DNA of 64,000 nucleotides, taken from NCBI GenBank assembly GCA_963422365.1, contig OY729426.1:1152001-1216000 (forward strand), read 5' to 3'. Shown here piece by piece: positions 36,173 to 46,045 of this stretch. A program made the position numbers and the translations under genes. A model generated the notes under the pieces. The model searched no databases and had not been told where the DNA came from. It was given only the letters and a program-made list of their open reading frames with translations. Source of the DNA: Nitrospirales bacterium (lineage in GTDB: Bacteria > Nitrospirota > Nitrospiria > Nitrospirales > UBA8639). Position 1 is the first letter of the stretch, and every line of letters begins with the position of its first letter.

Positions 36173-37237
36173 GTGATCACACCTGCCGAACTCGGTCCGT
36201 CCTTACACAAGAAGCGGTTGTTTGTGGCCCTTGGAGAAGAAGACTGCTTGCGCGATCAAACCATCGAGATGATTCGAACCCATGGCTCCTCGCGTTCGAA
36301 GGGCGTGAGTGCAGGTGACGTACGGAACAACCCTGACGATCGTGATGTTTTTTCCTGTGATATCCTGTATGGCGACGAAACGAATGCACAGGAAGTTTTG
36401 GCCCGTGCCCAAGAAATTCCCTTCTTTTCAAACCACCAAGTGGTTCTTCTGAAATGGGCGGACAAGTTTCCTGCCCGAGAGGGGGAAGCCCTTATTCCCT
36501 ATTTTTCCGCACCGTCCGATTCAACAACCCTGATCGTCTCTGCGGGGAAACTGGACGGTCGGCTGAAATGGGTCCAAGTCTTGAAGAAACAGTCGGTGGT
36601 GGTGAATTGTGCGCCCTTGTACCCCAATCAACGATTGGGGTGGGTTCGTCAGGAGGCCGCGCGTTTAGGGCTTCGGCTCGATGCCGAAGCAGCAGGGTTA
36701 CTCAAAGACTTGGTGAGCGAAGGGTTGTATAGGGTACGGCGGGAATTGGAGAAGTTGTCTCTCTATGTCTCAACAAAGGAAACGGTCAAAGCCTATGATG
36801 TTGTTGCTGTCCAGGGAGCGGAACCTGGAGCGTCGGTGTTTGACCTGTCGGGAGCCATCATACAAGGCAATGCGCCCCAAGCCCTCCTCATTTTGGAGAA
36901 AAACTTAGAGTCAGGTGAAGCCCCACTTCGGATGCTTGGGGCGTTGCTGTGGCAGTACCGTCGTCTGTGGAAAGCCAAAGATGGGTTGAGTCGTGGAGTC
37001 GGTGAGGCCGCGGTCGCGAAGCCCCTAGGGCTTCCTCCTTTTCGGCAGGGCGAGTTTTTTGCCATGGTCAAACGCATTCCCTTGTCGCATTTTCCTGAGG
37101 CGTTTCAAGCCTTTTCGGGAACGGATCGTGCGCTGAAAGGTGGATCTGCAGGTTCCCCGCACCGGATCCTGCATGCATTGATCATTGCCTTGTGCCAATC
37201 GGCACAATCGCTGTCTCGGACGCAGTTGCGAACTTAA
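36173..37237 (+). CDS. holA: DNA polymerase III delta subunit
   Basis: LGEE, IPFF, ELEKLSLY, SVFDL, DRALKGG; leuS-lptE-holA-rpsT synteny. Confidence 0.9.
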   Translation: MITPAELGPSLHKKRLFVALGEEDCLRDQTIEMIRTHGSSRSKGVSAGDVRNNPDDRDVFSCDILYGDETNAQEVLARAQEIPFFSNHQVVLLKWADKFPAREGEALIPYFSAPSDSTTLIVSAGKLDGRLKWVQVLKKQSVVVNCAPLYPNQRLGWVRQEAARLGLRLDAEAAGLLKDLVSEGLYRVRRELEKLSLYVSTKETVKAYDVVAVQGAEPGASVFDLSGAIIQGNAPQALLILEKNLESGEAPLRMLGALLWQYRRLWKAKDGLSRGVGEAAVAKPLGLPPFRQGEFFAMVKRIPLSHFPEAFQAFSGTDRALKGGSAGSPHRILHALIIALCQSAQSLSRTQLRT

Positions 37238-37239
37238 CA

Positions 37240-37335
37240 TGTAGGGCCAAATCTCATGTGGCCTGGAGAAGGTACCATCAGATGGCGCTGCGACGGATAG
37301 AGAAAGAAGGAGGGATAAAAGATCCCGCAGCTACA
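37240..37335 (+). repeat. GTAG-type REP-like element, copy 3 plus an extra half copy
   Basis: tgtagggccaaatctcatgtggcct...aaggtaccatcagatggcgctgcgac and aaggagggataaaagatcccgcagctaca between convergent holA and rpsT. Confidence 0.7.
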
Positions 37336-37349
37336 ACTTTGAGGTTGGG

Positions 37350-37622
37350 TTAGTGGGATTTGAGGACGTTGAACTGAGTCGAGAGTTGAGAAATACGTCG
37401 GGAAGCGGTATTCCGATGGAGCGCTCCTTTGGCCACGGCTTTGTGAAGGGCGGAGGTGGCTTCCTGGAGAAGGGGGTGAGCCGATTGTGTATCGTGTTGT
37501 TGGAGAGCAGTTTTAAATTTTTTCACGGCCGTATTGGTTCGATGCAAGATCGCGTGTTTCCGCACATGACGTTTCTCGGCTTGACGGGCACGTTTGATAG
37601 CTGATTTATGAACAACCGGCAT
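37350..37622 (-). CDS. rpsT: 30S ribosomal protein S20
   Basis: HKSAIKRARQAEKR...KGALHRNTASRRIS; GGAG RBS before ATG 37622. Confidence 0.95.
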   Translation of the reverse strand: MPVVHKSAIKRARQAEKRHVRKHAILHRTNTAVKKFKTALQQHDTQSAHPLLQEATSALHKAVAKGALHRNTASRRISQLSTQFNVLKSH

Positions 37623-37706
37623 AAGACTCCTTTTTACTTCATTAAGGCTTTGAACTTTAAAAACTAACATAGCCCCTTCTTAATGGTCAATGGAAAAGAT
37701 ACAAGA

Positions 37707-38335
37707 ATGAGTCAAAACACAGGAGGAGGGGGATTCAAGCCAAAGAGCGACTTGTGTTTTGCCTTGGATGTACCAACGGTGCAGCCGAAGCAATGCTGGA
37801 TGGCGTCCAAGAGTCGGTTGGGGTGATAAAAATTGGGTTGGAACTCTTTGTGAGCAAAGGCCCTGCGGTTATTCGGATGGTGCAGAAGTATAGAAAACCT
37901 GTATTCCTCGACTTGAAAGTATTGGATGTTGCGGAGACGGTGCAACGGACCACCGCGCGGGTCGCTGACATGGAGGTATCTTTCCTTACCGTGCATGCCG
38001 AGCGAAAAGCCGCTGGCGGCTTTCGTGAAGGGACGGACAGGCAATCCTGGGATGAAAATTCCGGCGGTGACGGTGTTGACGAATGTCGAGCGTGCGGATT
38101 TTCGGAAATGGGGATACGACGGGGCCACTGAACAAGTGGTGGTAGCTCTTGCACGAGTGGCTACCGACGTAGGGTGTGATGGGGCATTGCCTCGGGAAAG
38201 GAGCTCATGGCCATTCGATCCGCAATCGACTCTCTGTTTTTAATTATGATGTCTGGAGTACGGCCTGCCCGGCAAGGAGGTGGATGATCATGCTCGTCCC
38301 ACGACGCCTCACCACGCCATTCAAGCAGGCCCACC
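37707..38335 (+). pseudogene. pyrF: Orotidine-5'-phosphate decarboxylase pseudogene
   Basis: FALDVP, KIGLELF, VFLDLKVLD, FLTVHA, AVTVLT, GCDG, GVRP, DDHARPTTP spread over different frames; at least 4 frameshifts; C-terminal VGR motif not found. Confidence 0.9.
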
Positions 38336-38417
38336 GCGTTTGTCTTGCGTCGCGTCTGGTCTTTTCAGTAAGATCTGGCTACGTTCATGAAACGGTCTTT
38401 GTCACGATTCGTTGGGT

Positions 38418-38495
38418 GGTGGGTGTAGCTCAGTTGGTTAGAGCGCCGGATTGTGGATCCGGAGGTCGCGGGTTCAATTCCCGTCACTCACCCCA
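38418..38495 (+). tRNA. tRNA-His (GTG)
   Basis: G-1, GTGGGTG/CACTCAC acceptor stem, CCGGA-TTGTGGA-TCCGG anticodon arm, GGTTCAATTCC, C73, CCA. Confidence 0.95.
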
Positions 38496-38820
38496 TTTTT
38501 CATCTTTCAATGTCCAGCCTTCTGCGCTGTTCAGTTTTCTCAATCCAGTGGTGATCCACTGGTCAGTTGACTCGGATAATCGTGTCATGCTTCTGAACAT
38601 ACAGCCTGCCTCCGAGCCGAGCTCGGTGGAGTGACAATCGTCTCGCTGTATTTGTAGCGGTTGCATTTCATGCGGTCCAGAGGGGGTCGAATGAGAGCCC
38701 GCAACTACGCAACTACATAAGAGGGAAAAGAGGGTGCCGTGAAGTAAGGTGCGGGCCTGCAAGAACGAGAGGACGATTTTCGCGTTGCCTGGGATTGCGA
38801 GGCTGGGTATTGTTCTTTGA

Positions 38821-41076
38821 ATGGAGTGGCGTGAACAGAAATATTGGTCGGCAGTGATGCCATCTCGTTCATGGGTCCGTAGTGGAAGCCTCCTCGTCAT
38901 TTTTCTCTTGACGAGTGTCTCTTTATTGCCCCAGTCCGATGCTCGGGACATCGTCTGTGAATCGGCAGAAGAAGGTTTTCGAACTGCCGAGTCTTTTTCC
39001 GACACGCATCCCGATCAAGTGCTTCTGCAGGTCGAACATTTTCTCTGCGTGCAAGAGGCGCAGCCAGGAACCGTACTGGCCCGGCGCGCAGGATTCAGGA
39101 TAGGATGGGCTCTTCTCGAACATGATCCGGCCCGGGCCCTTGACTATCTACGTGCGGCACGCAAGGATTTTCCACTCCTTGAAGACTATGTGTTATTGAA
39201 GCTCGGTCAAGCATTGGGGCGTATGGGTTCATCCCATGAATCTGCACTGATGCTTGAAGCGGCACTGGATCTGTCCGCCCCTTCCGCCTTGAGAAACGAA
39301 ACGTCGTATGAAGCGGGATTCGCCCGGTTTGAGAACGGGCAATGTCAGCGTGCCATTGCTCACCTGCGCCATGCCACTTCCCGTGATCGGGATTCTCCGT
39401 ATGCTCCCCGAGCCTTCTCTGTTCTTGCCGATTGTGCTGCGCGATTGCAACAGGTGACCCAGGCGAAACAAGCGCTACGCGAAATTTGGCGGAACTATCC
39501 AGAATCTCCCGAAGCTCAAGTTGTCAAGCAAATCGTGCAGTCAGGTCAGCCGACGGTGCTACAGTGGAAACCTTCGTTAGAAGATTATTATCAACGCGGC
39601 CACGTGTTGTATGAATTGGCGCGCTTTGAAGCCGCCATTCAGGATTTGCAGAAATTTTTGGCTGGTCGACCGCGTAGCCCAAGTTATGAGCAGGGGCTCT
39701 TTCGGTTGGGGATGGCCCATGTGCGGTTGAAACAGTATCCCCAGGCCGCGCAAAGTTTTCGCCAACTGGTCGCGACCTCTTCCGCGTATGCCGGCAAAGC
39801 CACAGTGTGGTTGGCCAAGGTGTACTTACGACAAGATCAAGGTCGGCTTCTTCTGAAGTTTCGCGATTCGCTCCCTCACGGCTTAAGTGTGAATGAACGG
39901 GGCCGGATCCGGTGGCTGAGTGGCGTATGGGCTGAAGGGGAGAACATGCTTCAGCAAGCTATCACGGCCTATGAGGACGCCTATCGTGTCGCTGATCTTC
40001 CTGCAATCAAAATGGATGCCTTGTGGCGTTTGGGATGGCTGCATTATCAACAAGGCGCGTGGGAAAACTCGGTTGAATCCTTTCACTCTCTTGCGGCTAC
40101 TGCTCCCGATCTGAGTTGGCAAAATCGGGCTCGATATTGGAAAGCGCGGGCGCTTGAACGGATGGGACGAGACGATGAGGCCCAAACGTTGTATCTGCAG
40201 ATCTCTACGGAGTGGCCCATGACCTATTATGGGCAATTATCTCAGTCTCGTCTGCAGCGTCCACTCCGCGCGGGACGCGGTCAACGTGAAAACCAGCCGA
40301 ACCCGGCGCTAAACGTTTCCGCATCGTCTGCACTCCAAACCAATACGCATTTCCAAAAAGCAGGGGAACTGTTGACGCTGGGTCTCCGCCAGGAAGCAGC
40401 AGAAGAATTGTTATGGGTCAAGGAAGACTATCGTAATCAGCCGGAAATCCTCTATGCTGTCGCGCTGCAGATGATGGAAGTTGGAGATTATGAATCAGCG
40501 ATATTGATAGCCAACCGGTACTTTCGGGAACCCCTGGAGCGTCGCCGGATTCCCTCCGATTCTCCGTTATGGCGTATGGCGTATCCAACGGGATATTTAA
40601 CAAAGATCCGGCAATATGCCGACCCGCATGTGGATCCCTTCTTGGTTGCGGGGATTATCCGTGAAGAAAGTTTGTATAATGCCAAGGCCTTGTCACCCGT
40701 CGGCGCTATGGGACTGATGCAATTAATGCCGAAGACAGCGACCCGCGTCGCCCGCCGCTTAGGCGTCGGATCCGTCGATCGGGAGGATTTGTTGGAAGGA
40801 GATTTGAATGTTCGGCTAGGGGTTCATTATGTTGGTGAATTGTTACGTGAATATAAGGGAAATCTCATTCAAGCCGTAGCAGCGTATAATGCCGGTCCCC
40901 ATGCCGTGAAACGTTGGATTGCCAAGTTTGGTGATCGAGAGCCGGATGAATTTGTCGAACTGATTTCCTATAGGGAAACCCGTCGGTATGTGAAACGGGT
41001 TATTACAAGTTATCGTATATATCACTCCCTTCATTCCACAACCTGTAGTGTTCTTCCTCTTGACAAGACCTGCTAA
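38821..41076 (+). CDS. Soluble lytic murein transglycosylase (TPR + SLT domain)
   Basis: TPR-like repeats; IIREES, GAMGLMQLMP, AAYNAG, ETRRYV. Confidence 0.9.
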   Translation: MEWREQKYWSAVMPSRSWVRSGSLLVIFLLTSVSLLPQSDARDIVCESAEEGFRTAESFSDTHPDQVLLQVEHFLCVQEAQPGTVLARRAGFRIGWALLEHDPARALDYLRAARKDFPLLEDYVLLKLGQALGRMGSSHESALMLEAALDLSAPSALRNETSYEAGFARFENGQCQRAIAHLRHATSRDRDSPYAPRAFSVLADCAARLQQVTQAKQALREIWRNYPESPEAQVVKQIVQSGQPTVLQWKPSLEDYYQRGHVLYELARFEAAIQDLQKFLAGRPRSPSYEQGLFRLGMAHVRLKQYPQAAQSFRQLVATSSAYAGKATVWLAKVYLRQDQGRLLLKFRDSLPHGLSVNERGRIRWLSGVWAEGENMLQQAITAYEDAYRVADLPAIKMDALWRLGWLHYQQGAWENSVESFHSLAATAPDLSWQNRARYWKARALERMGRDDEAQTLYLQISTEWPMTYYGQLSQSRLQRPLRAGRGQRENQPNPALNVSASSALQTNTHFQKAGELLTLGLRQEAAEELLWVKEDYRNQPEILYAVALQMMEVGDYESAILIANRYFREPLERRRIPSDSPLWRMAYPTGYLTKIRQYADPHVDPFLVAGIIREESLYNAKALSPVGAMGLMQLMPKTATRVARRLGVGSVDREDLLEGDLNVRLGVHYVGELLREYKGNLIQAVAAYNAGPHAVKRWIAKFGDREPDEFVELISYRETRRYVKRVITSYRIYHSLHSTTCSVLPLDKTC

Positions 41077-41088
41077 AGATTTTATTTT
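41060..41088 (+). promoter_or_regulatory. sigma70 promoter for zapB-zapA
   Basis: TTGACA-17 nt-TATTTT. Confidence 0.6.
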
Positions 41089-41126
41089 AACTGTATCTTT
41101 CTGATTGTAAGTAAGGAGTTTGTCCT

Positions 41127-41393
41127 ATGAGTCTTGAAAAAATGGAAACATTAGAGGTCCGAGTGCGGGGATTAGTGGAGTTGGTCCAAAAATTAAGGCA
41201 GGCCAATGGATCCCTTCAGCAACAATTACACTTGGTTCAAGAGGAACTGGTGAAGCAAGAAGCCTTTTCACGCGAGTGGGAAGAAGAACGAACGACGATT
41301 AAGGTGCGAATTGAAAAGGTGCTGGGACAGCTGGATAGCCTGGAATCTTCAGAGACTGACCTACAGGGAATTGTCCATGACCAAGAGCATTGA
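41127..41393 (+). CDS. ZapB-like coiled-coil cell division protein
   Basis: Short coiled coil (LEVRVRGLVELVQKL...WEEER...RIEKVL) upstream of zapA; AAGGAG RBS. Confidence 0.75.
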   Translation: MSLEKMETLEVRVRGLVELVQKLRQANGSLQQQLHLVQEELVKQEAFSREWEEERTTIKVRIEKVLGQLDSLESSETDLQGIVHDQEH

Positions 41394-41673
41394 AGTTAAC
41401 GTCTATGGACAGAGATTGGCCTTGCAGCCTGTTGAAGATGAAGGCTATGTCCAGGAACTTGCCCGATACGTTGAAGGACAAATGCATACCATTGCACAAG
41501 GGGTGACGATCTCCACGCCCACAAAAATTGCTATTCTGGCCGCGATGAATATTGCGGATCAACTGTTTCGGCAAGAACGCCGTCGGCAGGCTGGAGAGGC
41601 CGAACTTGAGCGTCGAGCCGAGGTGTTGCTGGAGTGCATTGACTCCCATTTTGAGGCAAATAGCACCTTATAG
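41377..41673 (+). CDS. zapA: Cell division protein ZapA
   Basis: IEVNVYGQ, LARYVEGQM, AILAAMNIADQL. Confidence 0.9.
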   Translation: MTKSIEVNVYGQRLALQPVEDEGYVQELARYVEGQMHTIAQGVTISTPTKIAILAAMNIADQLFRQERRRQAGEAELERRAEVLLECIDSHFEANSTL

Positions 41674-41722
41674 GGCTATTTTCTTGCATGAAGCGCAACT
41701 CTCTGATAACGTTCTGAAGATA

Positions 41723-42023
41723 GACACGTGATTAAGAAATTCTAACCTTTGAGAGAGGGATAAACTCTTTGCTCAGGAACAACGAGTGAGTAATAGTGCA
41801 GGACATGGAATGAATCGAGTTTTATAAAATTGAGGGTGCGAGTAACTGACACGCAATCGCAATGAGGTTTGTAGTTGAGGGATGGCTTGCCTGCTTGGCT
41901 TAAGAGGTCTTCTGAGGTAGCAAGAGGCATCCATGGACATAGTTTGTGAGAGAGTCACGAGCTTGCCTGGTAATGGATTCAAGCTAATGGCGGATAGAAT
42001 TTCAATGTAGAAATTTAGGTGTC
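41723..42023 (+). ncRNA. ssrS: Probable 6S RNA (unusually long rod-like RNA)
   Basis: Canonical position between zapA and rny; nested pairings 41736-44/41995-42003, 41811-16/41976-81, 41880-84/41928-32; upstream TTGCAT promoter candidate. Confidence 0.6.
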
Positions 42024-42275
42024 AGCAGATTGCTGCCTTTTGCGATATTTTTCACACACCTTGGCATCTCGTAGAGCCGTTCTTCGCTCTCGCGTCGTTT
42101 CATTCCCTGACCTTTTTCCCAAGCTTTCTCCTCGTTTCCTTCAGCACGAGTCCACCTTCGAGGAATGGTCTTACCAGATTTGTTGTAAAACGCTGTTGGC
42201 GCCATGGCAACACAAAAGAGTCAACGATGACAAAGGCTTCTGTGAGCACCTTTGTATGAGCGAATAGAGAAGGGG

Positions 42276-43853
42276 GTGATAACCATTTTTACAGATATCA
42301 TCATCATGGTGGTCGTTGGCGGTATGGGCCTTGGTGCGGGGTTTGTATTGAGTGGAGTGATTCAACGGAGGCGCTTCACCACGCAACGCCGTAAAGCCGA
42401 AGACCAGCTTCGTCAGTTCACCCAATCAGCGGAACGCGAAGCCGAGCATACGATTAAGGAAGCGAAAATTGAAGCGAAGGATCTGCTGTTCCAAGCCAAA
42501 GCTCAAATAGAAAAGACGGAAAAAGAAAAACGTGGTGAGCTGCAGTGGCTGGAAAAACGAATGAAGCAACGTGAAGAAGGGTTGGAAAGAAAAGTCACGA
42601 ATTTTGAGCGTCGCGAGGAGGAATTTCGCAAGAGAGAGCAGGCCGTCTCGGATCGAGAAGTCTCGTTGGGGAAGCAAGAATTGTTCTGTGAGCAAACGAT
42701 ACGAGAACATCGGGAGGCCTTGGAGCGTGTGGCTGGATTGACCACGGAGGAAAGCAAGCGGCAACTGTTGGCCAAGATTGAAGGGGAGGTTCGTTTGGAA
42801 GCCACAGGACTGACGAAACGGATCCTTGATGAAGCTCGGGAAAATGCGGACCGAGAAGCCCAGCACATTGTGACCAACTCGATTCAACGGATCACCCGTG
42901 ATTATGTCAATGAAGCGACCATCTCGGTGGTGGCCCTAGCCAGTGATGGGATGAAGGGTCGAATCATTGGACGAGAAGGCCGAAACATTCGATCTCTGGA
43001 AGCGGCTACGGGCGTGGATTTAATCGTCGATGAAACACCGGAAGCCGTGATTGTCTCCGGGTTCGATCCCTTGCGACGCGAGATTGCCAAAATCGCGCTT
43101 GAACGGCTGATACAAGATGGTCGAATCCATCCGACACGGATTGAAGAGGTCGTGGAAAAAGTCAAAGGCGATATCGAGAAGGTGATGCGAGAAGAGGCTG
43201 AAAAAGTGATCTTCGAGGTTGGGCTTTCGGAGTTTCATCCAGAGATTGTGAAACTCTTAGGCCGGTTACGCTACCGAACCAGCTACGGACAAAACAATTT
43301 GTATCATGCCCGTGAGGCATCGTATATATGCGGCATTATGGCCGCGGAATTAGGCTTGGATATTAAATTGGCCAAACGTGGTGCGCTGTTGCACGACATC
43401 GGGAAAGTGGTGAGTCATGAAGAAGAAGGCACCCATGCGATGTTAGGCGCCGAAATCGCGAAGAAGTACGGCGAGTCGGAAAAAGTGGTGAATGCCATTG
43501 CCGCGCACCATGAACAGGTTGAACCTCTGTGCCCTGAATCCGTGTTGGTGGCGGCGGCAGAAGCCTTATCCGCTGCCAGGCCTGGTGCCCGACGTGAAAC
43601 GCTGGAAGCCTATGTGAAACGATTGGAAAAATTGGAAGGCTTGGCTGTGAGCTATGAGGGGGTGGATAAAGCCTATGCTATTCAGGCTGGGCGAGAAGTG
43701 CGTGTGATTGTTCGACAGGAAAAACTGTCCGATAATGAAGCCCTTTTTCTCTCTCGTGACTTATCCAAGAAAATTGAGCAAGAAATGACGTACCCCGGCC
43801 AAATTAAAGTGACGGTTATTCGGGAAAGTCGATTTGTCGAATTCGCCAAATAG
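42276..43853 (+). CDS. rny: Ribonuclease Y
   Basis: N-terminal TM, coiled coil, KGRIIGREGRNIR (KH), LLHDIGK (HD), SAARPGAR. Confidence 0.97.
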   Translation: MITIFTDIIIMVVVGGMGLGAGFVLSGVIQRRRFTTQRRKAEDQLRQFTQSAEREAEHTIKEAKIEAKDLLFQAKAQIEKTEKEKRGELQWLEKRMKQREEGLERKVTNFERREEEFRKREQAVSDREVSLGKQELFCEQTIREHREALERVAGLTTEESKRQLLAKIEGEVRLEATGLTKRILDEARENADREAQHIVTNSIQRITRDYVNEATISVVALASDGMKGRIIGREGRNIRSLEAATGVDLIVDETPEAVIVSGFDPLRREIAKIALERLIQDGRIHPTRIEEVVEKVKGDIEKVMREEAEKVIFEVGLSEFHPEIVKLLGRLRYRTSYGQNNLYHAREASYICGIMAAELGLDIKLAKRGALLHDIGKVVSHEEEGTHAMLGAEIAKKYGESEKVVNAIAAHHEQVEPLCPESVLVAAAEALSAARPGARRETLEAYVKRLEKLEGLAVSYEGVDKAYAIQAGREVRVIVRQEKLSDNEALFLSRDLSKKIEQEMTYPGQIKVTVIRESRFVEFAK

Positions 43854-43883
43854 AAAAGACAGCAACAGGAAGCGATTGAATTT

Positions 43884-44663
43884 GTGGTAGTGTTGTTTAT
43901 CGGTGATATTGTTGGTGAACCGGGACGACGTATCATCACCAATAGCCTCCATCGGGTGAGCGAAAAGTATCATGTCGATATTGTGGTCGGGAACGGCGAG
44001 AATGTGGCCGGTGGGTTTGGCATTACGGCTGACCTGGCCAATGATTTATTTGACCTGGGGCTTTCGGTCCTCACGACAGGCAATCATGTCTGGGATAAAA
44101 AAGAAATGGTGGACTATATTCGCAAAGACCCTAGAATCTTGCGCCCGGCTAATTATCCCGACGGGACTCCCGGGCAAGGATCATTCGTCATTGATCGGCC
44201 GAATGGCGAGAAAGTTGGTCTGATCCAGGTCATGGGGCGAGCGTTTATGCCGGCGCTTGATTGTCCCTTTCAAGTGGTCAAACGCGAAGTCGAAAAACTG
44301 CGATCGCAGACCCCCTGCATTATTGTGGATGTGCATGCAGAAACGACGTCGGAGAAGATGGCCATGGGGCATTTTTTAGACGGCCGGGTGACGGCTGTCG
44401 TGGGCACGCATACGCATGTCCAAACCGCGGATGAGCAGATCCTTCCCCAAGGGACTGCCTATTTGACGGATATTGGGATGACCGGTCCTGTCAATTCCGT
44501 GATTGGAGTTAAAAAAGAACTGGTGATCGATAAATTTCTTACGCAGATGCCCAGACGGTTTGAAGTCGCCTCCGGCCCGGCGGTTCTGGGTGCCACCGTG
44601 ATTGAATTCGATCCCGCAACCGGAAAAGCCACTAGCATTCAACGCGTTCGAGAAATCGAATAA
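43884..44663 (+). CDS. YmdB/TIGR00282 metallophosphoesterase
   Basis: GDIVG, NGEN, GNH, DVHAETTSEK, GTHTHV, DIGMTG. Confidence 0.95.
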   Translation: MVVLFIGDIVGEPGRRIITNSLHRVSEKYHVDIVVGNGENVAGGFGITADLANDLFDLGLSVLTTGNHVWDKKEMVDYIRKDPRILRPANYPDGTPGQGSFVIDRPNGEKVGLIQVMGRAFMPALDCPFQVVKREVEKLRSQTPCIIVDVHAETTSEKMAMGHFLDGRVTAVVGTHTHVQTADEQILPQGTAYLTDIGMTGPVNSVIGVKKELVIDKFLTQMPRRFEVASGPAVLGATVIEFDPATGKATSIQRVREIE

Positions 44664-44680
44664 CTCTACGTTCCTGACTC

Positions 44681-46021
44681 GTGTCTGTCGTTCCACCGAT
44701 TTATACGGTCACCCAACTGACGACGAGCATTCGTGCGACCCTTGAACCCGCTTTTCCGGAGGTCTGGGTCGAAGGAGAAATTTCCAATCTTCGCATGTCC
44801 TCCGCTGGGCACATCTATTTTTCCCTGAACGATCAAGACAGCCAAATACGAGCGGTCCTCTTTCGTCGTATGGCTGCGTTGCTCCCGTTTAATGTAGAAA
44901 ACGGTCTCACGGTGTTGGCGAAGGGCTGCGTCAGCGTCTATGAACCGAGAGGTGAATACCAGATCCTTCTAGAGTCTCTCGACCCCAAAGGAATCGGTGC
45001 GCTGCAGATTGCCTTTGAACAACTCAAGAAACGGCTCGATCAAGAAGGGCTGTTTGATCCTGTGCGCAAGCGCCCCCTTCCATTTTTTCCTCGCCATGTT
45101 GGCGTGATCACGTCCAGCACGGGAGCCGCGCTGCACGATATTGTGACGGTTGTCCACCGGCGGTGCCCGGTGATCCGCCTGCGACTGTTTCCTGTGGCGG
45201 TGCAGGGGCCTGGGGCTGCGCAACAAATTACGGAGGCCCTTCGACTGGCCAATCAACAAGATGATCTTGATGTCCTCATTGTGGGGAGAGGTGGAGGCTC
45301 CTGGGAAGATTTATGGAGCTTTAATGAAGAGGTCGTCGTCCGTGCCATTGCGGACTCCCGCATTCCGGTTATTTCAGCGGTGGGCCATGAAATCGATGTC
45401 ACCTTGTCCGATTTTGCCGCGGATTATCGAGCCCCTACTCCCTCGGCAGCGGCAGAATCTCTCTCTCCTGTTCTTGTTGACGTGATAGGCGGTATCCAAG
45501 AAAAAAACACGAGACTGGCCCAAGCCCTGCGCGGCAGACTTCTGTTTCACCGGAATCAGGTTGAGTTGGCCGCTCACGTTCTTCCCGTTCCTTCGCAAAT
45601 CCTCCAACGTCACGTGCAACGGATTGATGAACTCAGTTTCCGTCTTGGGAGAGGCATACGAGCCATGCTTTCCGAGGTGCGGCCGAGACTGACCTCGTTA
45701 GTCACCGGTCTGGAAAGAGTCGGGCAGGGGCAATCGTGGCAACGGGGAAGCCTGATGCTGCCTCAGATGCTTCGACGACTCGCTAGAGCCATGCCGTGGG
45801 TGCTCACGGAAAAGAAACATCAATTACGAAACGTGGCGAGCACCCTTGACACCTTAAGCCCTCTCGCGATTTTGTCTCGCGGGTATAGCATTCTTGAGAC
45901 CAGTCCTCGGGGAGAGATTGTGAAGGACGCTCAATCAGTCCAAGTCGGCGACCGGATTCGGGCTCGGCTGGCTACAGGGAGGCTGGCTTGTCTTATTGAG
46001 CAAATAGACCGACAGTCTTGA
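44681..46021 (+). CDS. xseA: Exodeoxyribonuclease VII large subunit
   Basis: VEGEISN, GHIYFSL, RGGGS, SAVGHE, APTPSAAAE, LSRGYS. Confidence 0.97.
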   Translation: MSVVPPIYTVTQLTTSIRATLEPAFPEVWVEGEISNLRMSSAGHIYFSLNDQDSQIRAVLFRRMAALLPFNVENGLTVLAKGCVSVYEPRGEYQILLESLDPKGIGALQIAFEQLKKRLDQEGLFDPVRKRPLPFFPRHVGVITSSTGAALHDIVTVVHRRCPVIRLRLFPVAVQGPGAAQQITEALRLANQQDDLDVLIVGRGGGSWEDLWSFNEEVVVRAIADSRIPVISAVGHEIDVTLSDFAADYRAPTPSAAAESLSPVLVDVIGGIQEKNTRLAQALRGRLLFHRNQVELAAHVLPVPSQILQRHVQRIDELSFRLGRGIRAMLSEVRPRLTSLVTGLERVGQGQSWQRGSLMLPQMLRRLARAMPWVLTEKKHQLRNVASTLDTLSPLAILSRGYSILETSPRGEIVKDAQSVQVGDRIRARLATGRLACLIEQIDRQS

Positions 46022-46045
46022 CGCCCCAGGAACGCCGCGTATAAT
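46018..46045 (+). promoter_or_regulatory. Near-consensus sigma70 promoter between xseA and xseB
   Basis: TTGACG-16 nt-TATAAT. Confidence 0.65.

Noticed and set aside
38418..38495. tRNA-His or tRNA-Glu as the integration site of the island
   Set aside because: Both tRNAs lie several kb from the island, and no duplicated tRNA 3' end was found
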